Source of the DNA: Bacteroidota bacterium
GTDB lineage: Bacteria; Bacteroidota; Bacteroidia; Bacteroidales; GCA-2748055
NCBI GenBank assembly: GCA_024640885.1
Contig: JAHEEC010000009.1
Location: 2,773 to 66,772 of the forward strand
Length of the DNA stretch: 64,000 bases
Direction of reading: 5' to 3'
The notes under the pieces: generated by a model
What the model was told of the DNA's origin: nothing
The model's database searches: none
The model's input: only the letters and a program-made list of their open reading frames with translations
Shown: positions 37,500 to 45,675 of the stretch, one piece after another
Position numbering within the stretch: the first letter of the stretch is position 1
Layout: each line of letters begins with the position of its first letter
Program-made: the position numbers and the translations under genes

Positions 37500-40418
37500 T
37501 CATGGTATATTTTGTTCAATTTCCTTCTGGATGGAGATCATCATCTGATCGCGATACTCCGGATCCAGGGAATTCAGGTACTCCGATGCTGCCGCATTTT
37601 TGTTTTCCACAAAGGGTCGCACCTGGAAGAGCCACAGCTTGTTCTCTTTGAATCCCAGCTCAATATCAAAGGGCCCTGATGTCTCTATACCCGGTGCACG
37701 GGGCAACAGCTCCCTGACCTGCCCGGCAATCTCCCTGAGGGATTCCAGGTTCTCCTGGTTCAGCACCCGGGTTTCAAAGGTGGCAAATTCTCTTTTGGAG
37801 CCTCCTGTCTCCGGTAAACTGATAAAAGAGGGTTCCCGGGCAGGGGAGAGCAGGACCTGGCCGCCGTTGTGTTCCAGCAACCAGGATTCAGCCGCCTGAC
37901 CCTCCACAGCCCCGCCGGCTCCCCGGTTGAATGCGACAGTCAGGTCTTTTTCATCCTGGTTGCTGATGCCCCTGGTTACCATCACCCCCGAATAATCCAC
38001 ATCCACCGAGGGAATGACCAGGATCGACGGAAATACATTTTCAGGGTTCAACAGGTACTGCTGGCGCCACTTGTAGCTTCGTTCAGTGTATGGAGATGCC
38101 CATACATCCCTGATGCCCTGGGCTATTGCGCCGGTATCCACCACATTGAACAGGGTCAGGTTCAGTCCCGCCCCGGTGAAATCTTTCAGGTCCTCCATGT
38201 TTGTATCACTCCTGAGAAAGACCGGAATTTGACCCATTTCCTTTCCGAAAACATCAAGGAAGCTGTTCCTGAGGTCATCCATGAACTCTTCCCTGAACCT
38301 GATCTGGCTGATGGATTTCCTGAAAACTGCCATCTCTGCCAGCAGGTAAGCATCCGTTTCATCCTTTCCGGCCCCTTCCCTGATCATCTGGTCGGCCCTG
38401 TCGAAAACCTGGTTCAGGTATTGCCAGTAGGAGAGTTCCTGCCCCGGCATCATCTGGTCCAGGTGCATCCTGAAGATCCCGAAGGGGATGACAATCCCCT
38501 CGACCACATGCTCCGGGAACATCCGCTTCAACTGCCCAAGGTTGGCAGCCTTTGGACCGCAAATGATTCCTGAGGATCGCGCGGAAACATGCCGGAGATT
38601 GACAATGGTTTTTTGTTCAAGGTCAATTTTATGCACCGGCACAGAGACTTTTTCCTGGGCCCGCTTGCGGATCTCAATGAGCTTTTGCTCCTCACGGGTA
38701 ATCTGATCACGGGGTTTCAGGATCACTGAACCTCCCGGGGAAACCGCATAAAACACAGTCTCTCCCGAAAATTCTTTTAAATCTTCCAGGTTTTGTGGTG
38801 TGATGACCGCATTGGGAATCCCCAGGTTGCGGGCCAGCAGCTGTACATGGGAAACCATGTTCCCTTCTGATACTGTGGCGATACCGGCCACCGGTTTCAG
38901 GTCAGACGGCGGTTTATCGAAAATATAGATCTTCTCCCTGTCCACTTCCATATTTTCTGCCATACCGGTCACCACCACAAGTTCGCCGGTGGCGTATCCG
39001 GGGTTCAATCCCCTGATGGAGTTCTGCCCGCGAATCCCCATGACATGGTTGGATGCTGGCCTGTATTCCAGCATTTGATCTGCAAGATTCTCCACCACGG
39101 TTCCGGTGTATAGCAAAAGGGAGGATCTGACCCTGTCGTCAAGGAATCCATAGGCCATCGGTTCAAATCCACCAAAGAGGTCCATCACACTGCCGTAATG
39201 GGCCCTGAACATACCAATGCCCCACTCGGTCATCCTCCGTCCCGTTTCAAAGAAACGCACCAGGAATTCAAGGGAGACCTCCTCTTCCGCAGGGACCATG
39301 AGCGGGGAAGCGACCTGATCCCATTCCCACAACTCCATATAGCCACAGCCGGCAGCAGCCATCCCAAGGTTCCGGATGGTTTCAAGATGATCCCCGATGG
39401 TGTTCATCCCGTACCCCGACAACTCCCGTAACAATATATCTTCCAGTGCAATGGACAGATCCATTGCGGCAAGCCTCGCTTTCGGACCCGGGAGGGAGAG
39501 GATCCCCTGCCTCAGCTCAAGAAGCATGCGGGATAATCCGGCAATTCTCTCGCTGCCATCCCTGAGGTTGTTGTATTCTGAGATAAACATCGCCACAGAT
39601 TCCCTCAGTTCAGCATCTTTTGGGAACTGGTTCACAAAAGCTTTCAGTGCATTTATATTGACCGGCTTATACAATGTTTTCATGTCACTGATCAGCTTAT
39701 CAAACATCTTCAGCTGCTCCCCGCCAAGCTCCTTTCTGTATTTCTCCCTGAACAGTTCAACCTTGCCAATATCCGTGGCATCCGGTTGTCCATGTATTTT
39801 GACCCTGATATCAAGAAATGCGGGTAAGGTATCGGAGATAATCTTGGAGACTGCACGTATTTCCTGGGTCAGGTTGTTGTCCCCCTGATGCGGAAGGTCC
39901 CTCAGGGACTGCCGGATCAGAAAATAACTTTCTTCGATGAACCGGTTATCTGCCAATACCCATTGATAAAACTCCACTCCCCATGTCTCCTCATCTTCCG
40001 CCTGGAAGGCTCCCCTGTAAAACTGTGCTCTTCTCAGCACCCAGCCATTGTCAATGGCCTGAAGGTATTTCTCCAGCTGGTACTGCTTCAGGCGGGAATG
40101 ATTGAATTCAGGATCCCAGAAATCAGGGTATGGGGTTGTGGAGAGGATCTGCCCGAGAAAAACATGGTTGCTCTGGGAGAGGGCAACCACCTCATCCTTA
40201 TGTCTTGCCCTTTGCACTCCACCTGGTTCGGGACATCGCTCCTGCGGGGGAAGGATCGTTCCATCCTTACAGTACCACCGGATCTCTTTATAGGGTCCCT
40301 TGATATCTTTCTTATATGCTTCAACCCTTCTTGTAATTTCTTCATTACCAACTTTTTGTGCATGAAGCGGAAAAATCAGCAGGTAAAAAAGGAGTACCAG
40401 GGAAATTGTTGATCTCAT
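37500..40418 (-). CDS. Signal-peptide-bearing PEP-utilizer (swivel His) + PPDK_N ATP-grasp phosphotransferase with permuted domain order
   Basis: 972 aa.
- aa 1-20 form a Sec signal, MRSTISLVLLFYLLIFPLHA|Q.
- aa 21 to about 465 form an unassigned domain containing one Cys pair, YCKDGTILPPQERC.
- aa about 465-545 form the PEP-utilizer mobile domain, with GNMVSHVQLLARNLGIPNAV (His524, nt 38847-38849; compare PPDK GGMTSHAAVVAR).
- aa about 600-940 form the PEP/pyruvate-binding ATP-grasp (CGPKAANLGQL, VFLRSDTNMEDL..GAGLNLT, ILVIPSVDVDYSGVMVT, FDIELGF..KLWLFQVRP). Confidence 0.75.
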   Translation of the reverse strand: MRSTISLVLLFYLLIFPLHAQKVGNEEITRRVEAYKKDIKGPYKEIRWYCKDGTILPPQERCPEPGGVQRARHKDEVVALSQSNHVFLGQILSTTPYPDFWDPEFNHSRLKQYQLEKYLQAIDNGWVLRRAQFYRGAFQAEDEETWGVEFYQWVLADNRFIEESYFLIRQSLRDLPHQGDNNLTQEIRAVSKIISDTLPAFLDIRVKIHGQPDATDIGKVELFREKYRKELGGEQLKMFDKLISDMKTLYKPVNINALKAFVNQFPKDAELRESVAMFISEYNNLRDGSERIAGLSRMLLELRQGILSLPGPKARLAAMDLSIALEDILLRELSGYGMNTIGDHLETIRNLGMAAAGCGYMELWEWDQVASPLMVPAEEEVSLEFLVRFFETGRRMTEWGIGMFRAHYGSVMDLFGGFEPMAYGFLDDRVRSSLLLYTGTVVENLADQMLEYRPASNHVMGIRGQNSIRGLNPGYATGELVVVTGMAENMEVDREKIYIFDKPPSDLKPVAGIATVSEGNMVSHVQLLARNLGIPNAVITPQNLEDLKEFSGETVFYAVSPGGSVILKPRDQITREEQKLIEIRKRAQEKVSVPVHKIDLEQKTIVNLRHVSARSSGIICGPKAANLGQLKRMFPEHVVEGIVIPFGIFRMHLDQMMPGQELSYWQYLNQVFDRADQMIREGAGKDETDAYLLAEMAVFRKSISQIRFREEFMDDLRNSFLDVFGKEMGQIPVFLRSDTNMEDLKDFTGAGLNLTLFNVVDTGAIAQGIRDVWASPYTERSYKWRQQYLLNPENVFPSILVIPSVDVDYSGVMVTRGISNQDEKDLTVAFNRGAGGAVEGQAAESWLLEHNGGQVLLSPAREPSFISLPETGGSKREFATFETRVLNQENLESLREIAGQVRELLPRAPGIETSGPFDIELGFKENKLWLFQVRPFVENKNAAASEYLNSLDPEYRDQMMISIQKEIEQNIP

Positions 40419-40524
40419 CTATTCAGGGTTAAAAAAAAGTCACATCATATCTGGTGCAAATTAGCCACTTTTTAGGTAGCATCAAATCCCATTTATGATG
40501 TGACATCCCAGAGACAGGTCCGGT

Positions 40525-41394
40525 TTACTTTAACCGGATCTGAATACTCCCCATATATTGTTTCCCGTCATATACATTGATCCGGTACAACCCCCTGGTC
40601 AATTTCTCCTCGGGTTTGTAAGTGAGCTCCGTTCTTTTTGCAAGCGTTTTCCCTGCAATCGTCCCTCCCGAAAGACTGGCCATCAGATCACTGTCGCGTT
40701 CCTCTACCCTGACCGAGGCGTACTCGTTGTCCACACTTGAGATCTCCATCCCTTCAGGGGTCAGGATCTTAAAGTAAAGATTCTCTCCAAACCCTACAGG
40801 CACGTCAAAACTGGTTACAATTGTATTTGCCCTGCGGGCCGCCACGGTCGGTCTGCTGTTTTTTCCTTTCAGGGCCTCAATCTGGTAATTATCGGCCAAC
40901 ATCGACTCCAGCATGGCATTTTTCAGGGCCAGGAATTCATTGTTTGTTTTCATGGACTCAAGCTGTTCACCTAATGCGCTGTATTCAGTCAGGAGTTGAT
41001 CATAGTTCGCATTCAGTGCATCAATTTCCCCTTCCATTGTGATCCGCAAAGCTTCGAGTTCCGCATTCTTCTTTTTCAGTTCATTCATGGAAGCTTTTTC
41101 TGCTATCAGGGTTTTGATTTCAAGCTCTTTTTGTGCCAGCTTTGCACTGGTTTCCGCTACAATCTTATCCAAATTGGCATTTTTTCCCTTCAAAGAATTA
41201 AGCTGTTTTTGAAATTCAACCATTGATCTATCAAGGTCAAGTTTTTCAGAAAGCAGAGCCTCAGCCCTGATTTTCTCCCTGGCAAGTTTATTCTTCTGAG
41301 AACTGTTGTTGTAAACAAACAGCCCTGCAAAAATCAAAGCAATCACCGACACCACTGCGAGAATGGTCCGGTTTCTGGTACTTTTTGTTTCCAT
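40525..41394 (-). CDS. Membrane-anchored coiled-coil protein, function unknown
   Basis: 289 aa. An N-terminal TM segment (ILAVVSVIALIFAGLFVY) is followed by ~150 aa of heptad-rich K/E/L sequence and a ~100-aa beta-rich C-terminal domain. Confidence 0.5.
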   Translation of the reverse strand: METKSTRNRTILAVVSVIALIFAGLFVYNNSSQKNKLAREKIRAEALLSEKLDLDRSMVEFQKQLNSLKGKNANLDKIVAETSAKLAQKELEIKTLIAEKASMNELKKKNAELEALRITMEGEIDALNANYDQLLTEYSALGEQLESMKTNNEFLALKNAMLESMLADNYQIEALKGKNSRPTVAARRANTIVTSFDVPVGFGENLYFKILTPEGMEISSVDNEYASVRVEERDSDLMASLSGGTIAGKTLAKRTELTYKPEEKLTRGLYRINVYDGKQYMGSIQIRLK

Positions 41395-41515
41395 TTTCTT
41401 GTTTTTAGGTGATATAAGTTAATTCTTTGGTCCAAAGATATTTGCTCATCATGAAGGTGGGATTAAGATGAGATTAGAAAAGAATTAAATTGAAAGGATC
41501 GTCCTCGGAAAATGG

Positions 41516-42892
41516 TCAGGAAAGGTCAATCGCCGGGAAAGAAATTGCTGCCTGGGTTCCCTGATTTATGACTGAACTGATGGTGATTTTGCCGTCATGT
41601 AAAGTGACTATTTTATTAACCAGCGAAAGTCCGATCCCATGGCCCTTGATCCCAATGGCATTTTTTGCCCGATAGAAAGGCTGAAAGATCATATTGATCT
41701 CTTCTTCAGGGATCCCGATCCCTTTGTCCGAAATCTGAATGATCACCTGGTGGTTCTGATAACTGAAGAATACTTCTGCAGTATGATCCTCGGAATATTT
41801 GCATCCATTTTCCATGAGGTTGCCCAGGGCGGTTTTCAGGAGGAGCTCGTTCCCCCTGATGACGAGATTGTGTTCATTGTCGATCTCCTCAGAAAAATGA
41901 ACCGGCACCCTGTTCTGATCATGCATCTTCAGGATCTCCTTCCTTGCGTGCCATAGCACTTCATCTATGCGGACGGGGCCAAAATCGGCGGGGGGAGTGT
42001 CAGAATTGGTCTGGGCAAGAAGCAGGAGCCGATCTGAAATTTGATTCAGGTTCTTCATGTCATCCAGCAAGGAAAGGATGGTTTTCCTGTATTCTTCATT
42101 GCTCCTGGCCTTTAAAAGTATCACCTCCAGCTGTCCGGTGATCACTGTCAGCGGGGTCCGCAATTCATGGGAAGCGTTGGCAATAAAATTCTTCTGCGTC
42201 TCAAATGCGATCTCAAGCCTGTCAAGCATCCTGTTGAATGTTTGGGCAAGCTGGCTGATCTCATCCTTTCCAATTCCCTCATAAACCCGGGCATGCAGGT
42301 TGGACACTTCAATGGCTTCCACCTGTGACATGATGTTGGAAATGGGATCCAGGGCACGTGTTGCAAAAATCCTGCCCGAGAAGAAGACGATGATCAGGGA
42401 AACAAAAAAAACAATGAGCAGAATAAGTCTCAAACGCACCAACTTATTCAGTCCGAAAATATCAGTAGCAGCGGCGAAAACGACGAACCTGTCATACTGG
42501 CCGGTATAAAACTGACCCACGATTTCATAGGGCTTCTGTTTCATTCTGATCTCCCCCTGGAGCCTCACGTCATCGATGGACTCCTGGGTAATTTCCAGCA
42601 ACTGGTACTCATCGGTACTGTAAATGACCTGGTTCTGATAATCGTAAATGACAATCTTTTCGTTTGGCAGGCTCAATGGGCTGTTCAATTCAATTCTTTT
42701 AAGCAGGTCTGCGTCAATCTCATCGAATTCTATCAACAGCTGGGCTGCCATGGTTGCCTTGCTGCCAAGGCGATCAAAAAAGTCATCCTTCCTGGTTCGG
42801 GAAAAGGATAAATAGATGGTGAGGGAGGAAAAAAAGAGGATCACCGCCACGATGGCGATGAACTGGTACAACAACTTTTTTCTGATCTCCAT
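41516..42892 (-). CDS. Two-component sensor histidine kinase (periplasmic sensor, HAMP, HisKA, HATPase_c)
   Basis: 458 aa with two TM segments flanking a ~135-aa periplasmic domain. It has the H-box NASHELRTPLTVI, N-box NLMENGCKYS and G-boxes ISDKGIGIP / GHGIGLSLV. Its start overlaps the RR stop (TAATG). Confidence 0.9.
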   Translation of the reverse strand: MEIRKKLLYQFIAIVAVILFFSSLTIYLSFSRTRKDDFFDRLGSKATMAAQLLIEFDEIDADLLKRIELNSPLSLPNEKIVIYDYQNQVIYSTDEYQLLEITQESIDDVRLQGEIRMKQKPYEIVGQFYTGQYDRFVVFAAATDIFGLNKLVRLRLILLIVFFVSLIIVFFSGRIFATRALDPISNIMSQVEAIEVSNLHARVYEGIGKDEISQLAQTFNRMLDRLEIAFETQKNFIANASHELRTPLTVITGQLEVILLKARSNEEYRKTILSLLDDMKNLNQISDRLLLLAQTNSDTPPADFGPVRIDEVLWHARKEILKMHDQNRVPVHFSEEIDNEHNLVIRGNELLLKTALGNLMENGCKYSEDHTAEVFFSYQNHQVIIQISDKGIGIPEEEINMIFQPFYRAKNAIGIKGHGIGLSLVNKIVTLHDGKITISSVINQGTQAAISFPAIDLS

Positions 42893-43569
42893 TATGGCTC
42901 ATTAATGCAATACCCCAAACCGATCCTGGTCTGGATCAGCTTGGTCTCAAAATCCTTATCAATTTTCTTTCTTAAAATATTGATATACACATCAATGACA
43001 TTTGTGCCTGTATCAAAGGTGATGTCCCACACTTTTTCTGCAATTTCAGAACGGGAGACCACCCTTCCCTGGTTTTTCATCAGAAATTCAAGCAGGGCGA
43101 ATTCCTTTGAGGTGAGTTCAATCTGTTTATCCCCCCTTTTGGCCAGTTTTTTATCAAGATCAAGTTCAAGGTCCGCTATTTTGATCCGCGAAGATGTCTG
43201 ATGAAGACCCGTAGAGCGTTTGGTGAGTGCCTTGATCCTGGCCAGTAGTTCGGCAAACTCAAAGGGTTTTACCAGGTAATCGTCTGAACCTGCATCAAAT
43301 CCGGCCACTTTATCTTCGGTGGTCCCCAGTGCCGTAAGCATCAGTACCGGGGTCTGCACCCCTGATTGCCGGATCCGGTTACAAAGCTCCAACCCGTTGA
43401 TATAGGGCAGGATCACATCGAGGATGAGCAGGTCATAATTCCCCTTTATCGCGAGCCTTTCTCCCATTTGCCCGTCATAGGCAACTTCGGTTTCATATCC
43501 CTGCTCCTCCAGTCCTTTCTTGATGAAATCCACCACTTTGGGTTCATCTTCCACAAGGAGGATTTTCAT
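42892..43569 (-). CDS. OmpR-family response regulator transcription factor
   Basis: 225 aa. The receiver has MKILLVEDE...DLLILDVILP (phospho-Asp)...LTALG...KPF. A winged-helix output domain follows (LTSKEFALLEFLMKNQGRVVSRSEIAEKVW...IQTRIGLGY). Confidence 0.95.
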   Translation of the reverse strand: MKILLVEDEPKVVDFIKKGLEEQGYETEVAYDGQMGERLAIKGNYDLLILDVILPYINGLELCNRIRQSGVQTPVLMLTALGTTEDKVAGFDAGSDDYLVKPFEFAELLARIKALTKRSTGLHQTSSRIKIADLELDLDKKLAKRGDKQIELTSKEFALLEFLMKNQGRVVSRSEIAEKVWDITFDTGTNVIDVYINILRKKIDKDFETKLIQTRIGLGYCINEP

Positions 43570-43612
43570 AACACCTTTTTATCACTCAAAAGTAGGGAAA
43601 AATTATTACTGC

Positions 43613-44527
43613 TCACTCTCCCATGGCCTGGGCAGGTTCCAGCAGCTGAAAGAACTGTTCCAGCTCGGGGAGGATGATGATCTCGGTCCTCCTGTTCACC
43701 TGCCTACCCTGGGGTGATTGATTGCTATCCTTGGGCACATATTCAGACCTTCCGCCTGCCGTCATTCTTTCAGGGGAAATCCCGTGCTTCGTCTGTAAAT
43801 TCCGGACCACTGAGGTAGCCCTCTTCACACTTAAATCCCAGTTGTCCACCATACATCCTGTCGAGATCGGGACATTATCCGTATGACCCTCCACCAGGAT
43901 TTCAAGTTCATTGTAGTCATTTAAAACCCTGGCGATCTTTCCAAGCACACCTTCAGCAAGGGGGCTTATTTCAGCGCTTCCTGATTTAAACAGGAGTTTA
44001 TCGGAAATGGAAATGTAGACCACCCCTTTCTTCACTTCGATGTTGATATCCTCATCCCCCACATCAATAAGGGAACGTTTCAGTTTCATGACAAGGGCCA
44101 GGTTCAGGGAATCCCTCTGACGGATCGAGGAGGTCAGGTCTTTAATGTACTTGTTTTGTTCGTTCAAAGCCTCCAGGGATTTTTTGATGCTTTCGGCCCC
44201 GGACTTGCTCACCACCGACAGGTCAGCCAGCCTGTCCAGGAGGTTGGTATTGGTATTTCTGAAATATTCCAGCTGTTGCCCCTGGAAGGCCACGCTGTTC
44301 CTTTCATTCTCCAGCTGCATCTCCAGCTGCATAATTGTACTGGAAAGCTCTTCGTTCTCCTTTCCCAGCAAATTCTTACTCTCCAGGCATTTCGCCAGTT
44401 CATTCATACTTTCCTGGGATCTGTATTGCTCCTGGGTCAGCATTTTTTTACTTACACAGGATGAAAACATCAGTCCTGAAAGAAGCAGGATTATGATTGC
44501 CCGGTTCACGGGAAGTAGTCTGGACAT
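43613..44527 (-). CDS. OmpA-family lipoprotein with N-terminal coiled coil
   Basis: The ATG at 44527 gives MSRLLPVNRAIIILLLSGLMFSS|C. A coiled-coil segment is followed by the OmpA_C-like domain (FKSGSAEISP...ILVEGHTDNVPI...NWDLSVKRATSVVRNL...GRQVNRRTEIIILP). Confidence 0.85.
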   Translation of the reverse strand: MSRLLPVNRAIIILLLSGLMFSSCVSKKMLTQEQYRSQESMNELAKCLESKNLLGKENEELSSTIMQLEMQLENERNSVAFQGQQLEYFRNTNTNLLDRLADLSVVSKSGAESIKKSLEALNEQNKYIKDLTSSIRQRDSLNLALVMKLKRSLIDVGDEDINIEVKKGVVYISISDKLLFKSGSAEISPLAEGVLGKIARVLNDYNELEILVEGHTDNVPISTGCMVDNWDLSVKRATSVVRNLQTKHGISPERMTAGGRSEYVPKDSNQSPQGRQVNRRTEIIILPELEQFFQLLEPAQAMGE

Positions 44528-44594
44528 TATCTGTAGAATTAAAGTTAATGCCACAAAATTACCGGCAGGCAATTAAGAAATGATGAAGACGCTA

Positions 44595-44639
44595 TTAAAA
44601 CTAAATTAAAAAGGGCAATAAAAGGAGGATGGCCCTTTT
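44595..44639 (-). terminator. Candidate rho-independent terminator after the HMA gene
   Basis: The minus-strand RNA has stem AAAAGGGC (44632-44639), a 15-nt loop and GCCCUUUU (44609-44616). It is followed by the U-rich UAAUUUAGUUUUAAU and begins 26 nt after the stop at 44665. Confidence 0.45.
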
Positions 44640-44664
44640 GAGTCACCCTCCTTTACACTTGTTC

Positions 44665-45036
44665 CTAATGCTGGTGCATAGTGGATCCGTGGGCACTTTC
44701 CGTGCTCATCCTTTCATAATGGCAGCAACCGGGCAGGTCGTCATAGACCTCATCACTGGCTTTATGCAATCTGGTATCATGACCGGCATTGGCGATGGCC
44801 ATATGTACCTGGTGAATATCGACCTTGGGGTCAAAGGTGACCTCGATCATCTTGGTCTCCTTATCCCAGTTGGCAGCAGAAACACCATCCACAGATTTTG
44901 CGGCCTTTTCGATCCGTGTTTTGCACATCCCGCAGTTTCCGGCCACTTCGAACGATTCCTTTTTCTCATTTTGCCCCATTACTGTGGAGAGTCCCAACAC
45001 CAGTATGGTAATTGCGCTTAAGATTCTTGTTTTCAT
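44665..45036 (-). CDS. Secreted heavy-metal-associated (HMA) domain protein
   Basis: 123 aa with a signal peptide. The HMA fold has the metal motif AGNCGMCKTRIEKAAKSVDGV. The C-terminal tail has CCHYE and several His/Met residues. Confidence 0.8.
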   Translation of the reverse strand: MKTRILSAITILVLGLSTVMGQNEKKESFEVAGNCGMCKTRIEKAAKSVDGVSAANWDKETKMIEVTFDPKVDIHQVHMAIANAGHDTRLHKASDEVYDDLPGCCHYERMSTESAHGSTMHQH

Positions 45037-45054
45037 GTGTATTGATTTTAATGG

Positions 45055-45600
45055 TTATTTATTTTTTATTCCATGGAAATTCATGTAAAAGGGTGTGGTC
45101 TGATCCATCATATGGAATGCGTAAGAAAAGGTTCCATCTACCCTGTTAAATCCGCCAAAATGCAAGTCCCCATCGTGGTGCTCATCCTTCATATGATGCG
45201 TCCATTCCGTTTCCCCGGTCCTCATATCGCCCATCATACCTCCCGACATGTGCCCTTCCCCGTAACTGTGGCCGTAAGTATGCTCGAAATCAGCACCCGT
45301 CAGGCATACCATCACACTGTCATGATTTTCAAAATAGTAAAGCATCAGCGTGGTGTCTATTTCACTCCCGTAACAGTGTACCTCAACCTGGCTGCTGTCC
45401 ATCACAGAAACTACTGCAATGCCATCATCCGTGTCATGGATCTCTGCAGATGTGGAGGTTAGCGATGCCGATTTCGAGAAGGATCCAGTATAAACGCCTT
45501 CAATGTCATAGATTGACTGATCCTTTGAATTGTCGCAGGATGACACAGCCAGGAACATGGCCAGAGGCACAAATCCAATAAAAAACCCTGTTGTTCTCAT
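45055..45600 (-). CDS. His/Met-rich periplasmic lipoprotein (putative Cu-binding), unknown family
   Basis: 181 aa with lipobox LAVSS|C. The C-terminal half reads HTYGHSYGEGHMSGGMMGDMRTGETEWTHHMKDEHHDGDLHFGG. It lies between cusB-like and the HMA gene on the same strand. Confidence 0.55.
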   Translation of the reverse strand: MRTTGFFIGFVPLAMFLAVSSCDNSKDQSIYDIEGVYTGSFSKSASLTSTSAEIHDTDDGIAVVSVMDSSQVEVHCYGSEIDTTLMLYYFENHDSVMVCLTGADFEHTYGHSYGEGHMSGGMMGDMRTGETEWTHHMKDEHHDGDLHFGGFNRVDGTFSYAFHMMDQTTPFYMNFHGIKNK

Positions 45601-45675
45601 CGTATTTATATTTATTGTTATTATTAGAACTTCATTTATATAAACTGAAATGCACTTTTTTAGGCTGTATTCGCT

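Noticed and set aside
37490-37519. A TTG start that would make the 434-aa hydrolase overlap the upstream gene by 20 nt.
   Set aside because: The first ATG (37489) begins a canonical signal peptide and avoids the overlap. I cannot fully exclude the longer form.
39397-40412. Plus-strand ORFs of 163 and 174 aa antisense to the PEP-utilizer-like gene.
   Set aside because: They are shadow ORFs, Ser/Leu/Pro-rich, with no signal or motif.
41424-41438. A 7+1+7 palindrome, TCTTTGGTCCAAAGA, upstream of the coiled-coil gene.
   Set aside because: A few such palindromes are expected by chance in the window. The 1-nt spacer precludes a hairpin. There is no corroborating evidence for an operator.
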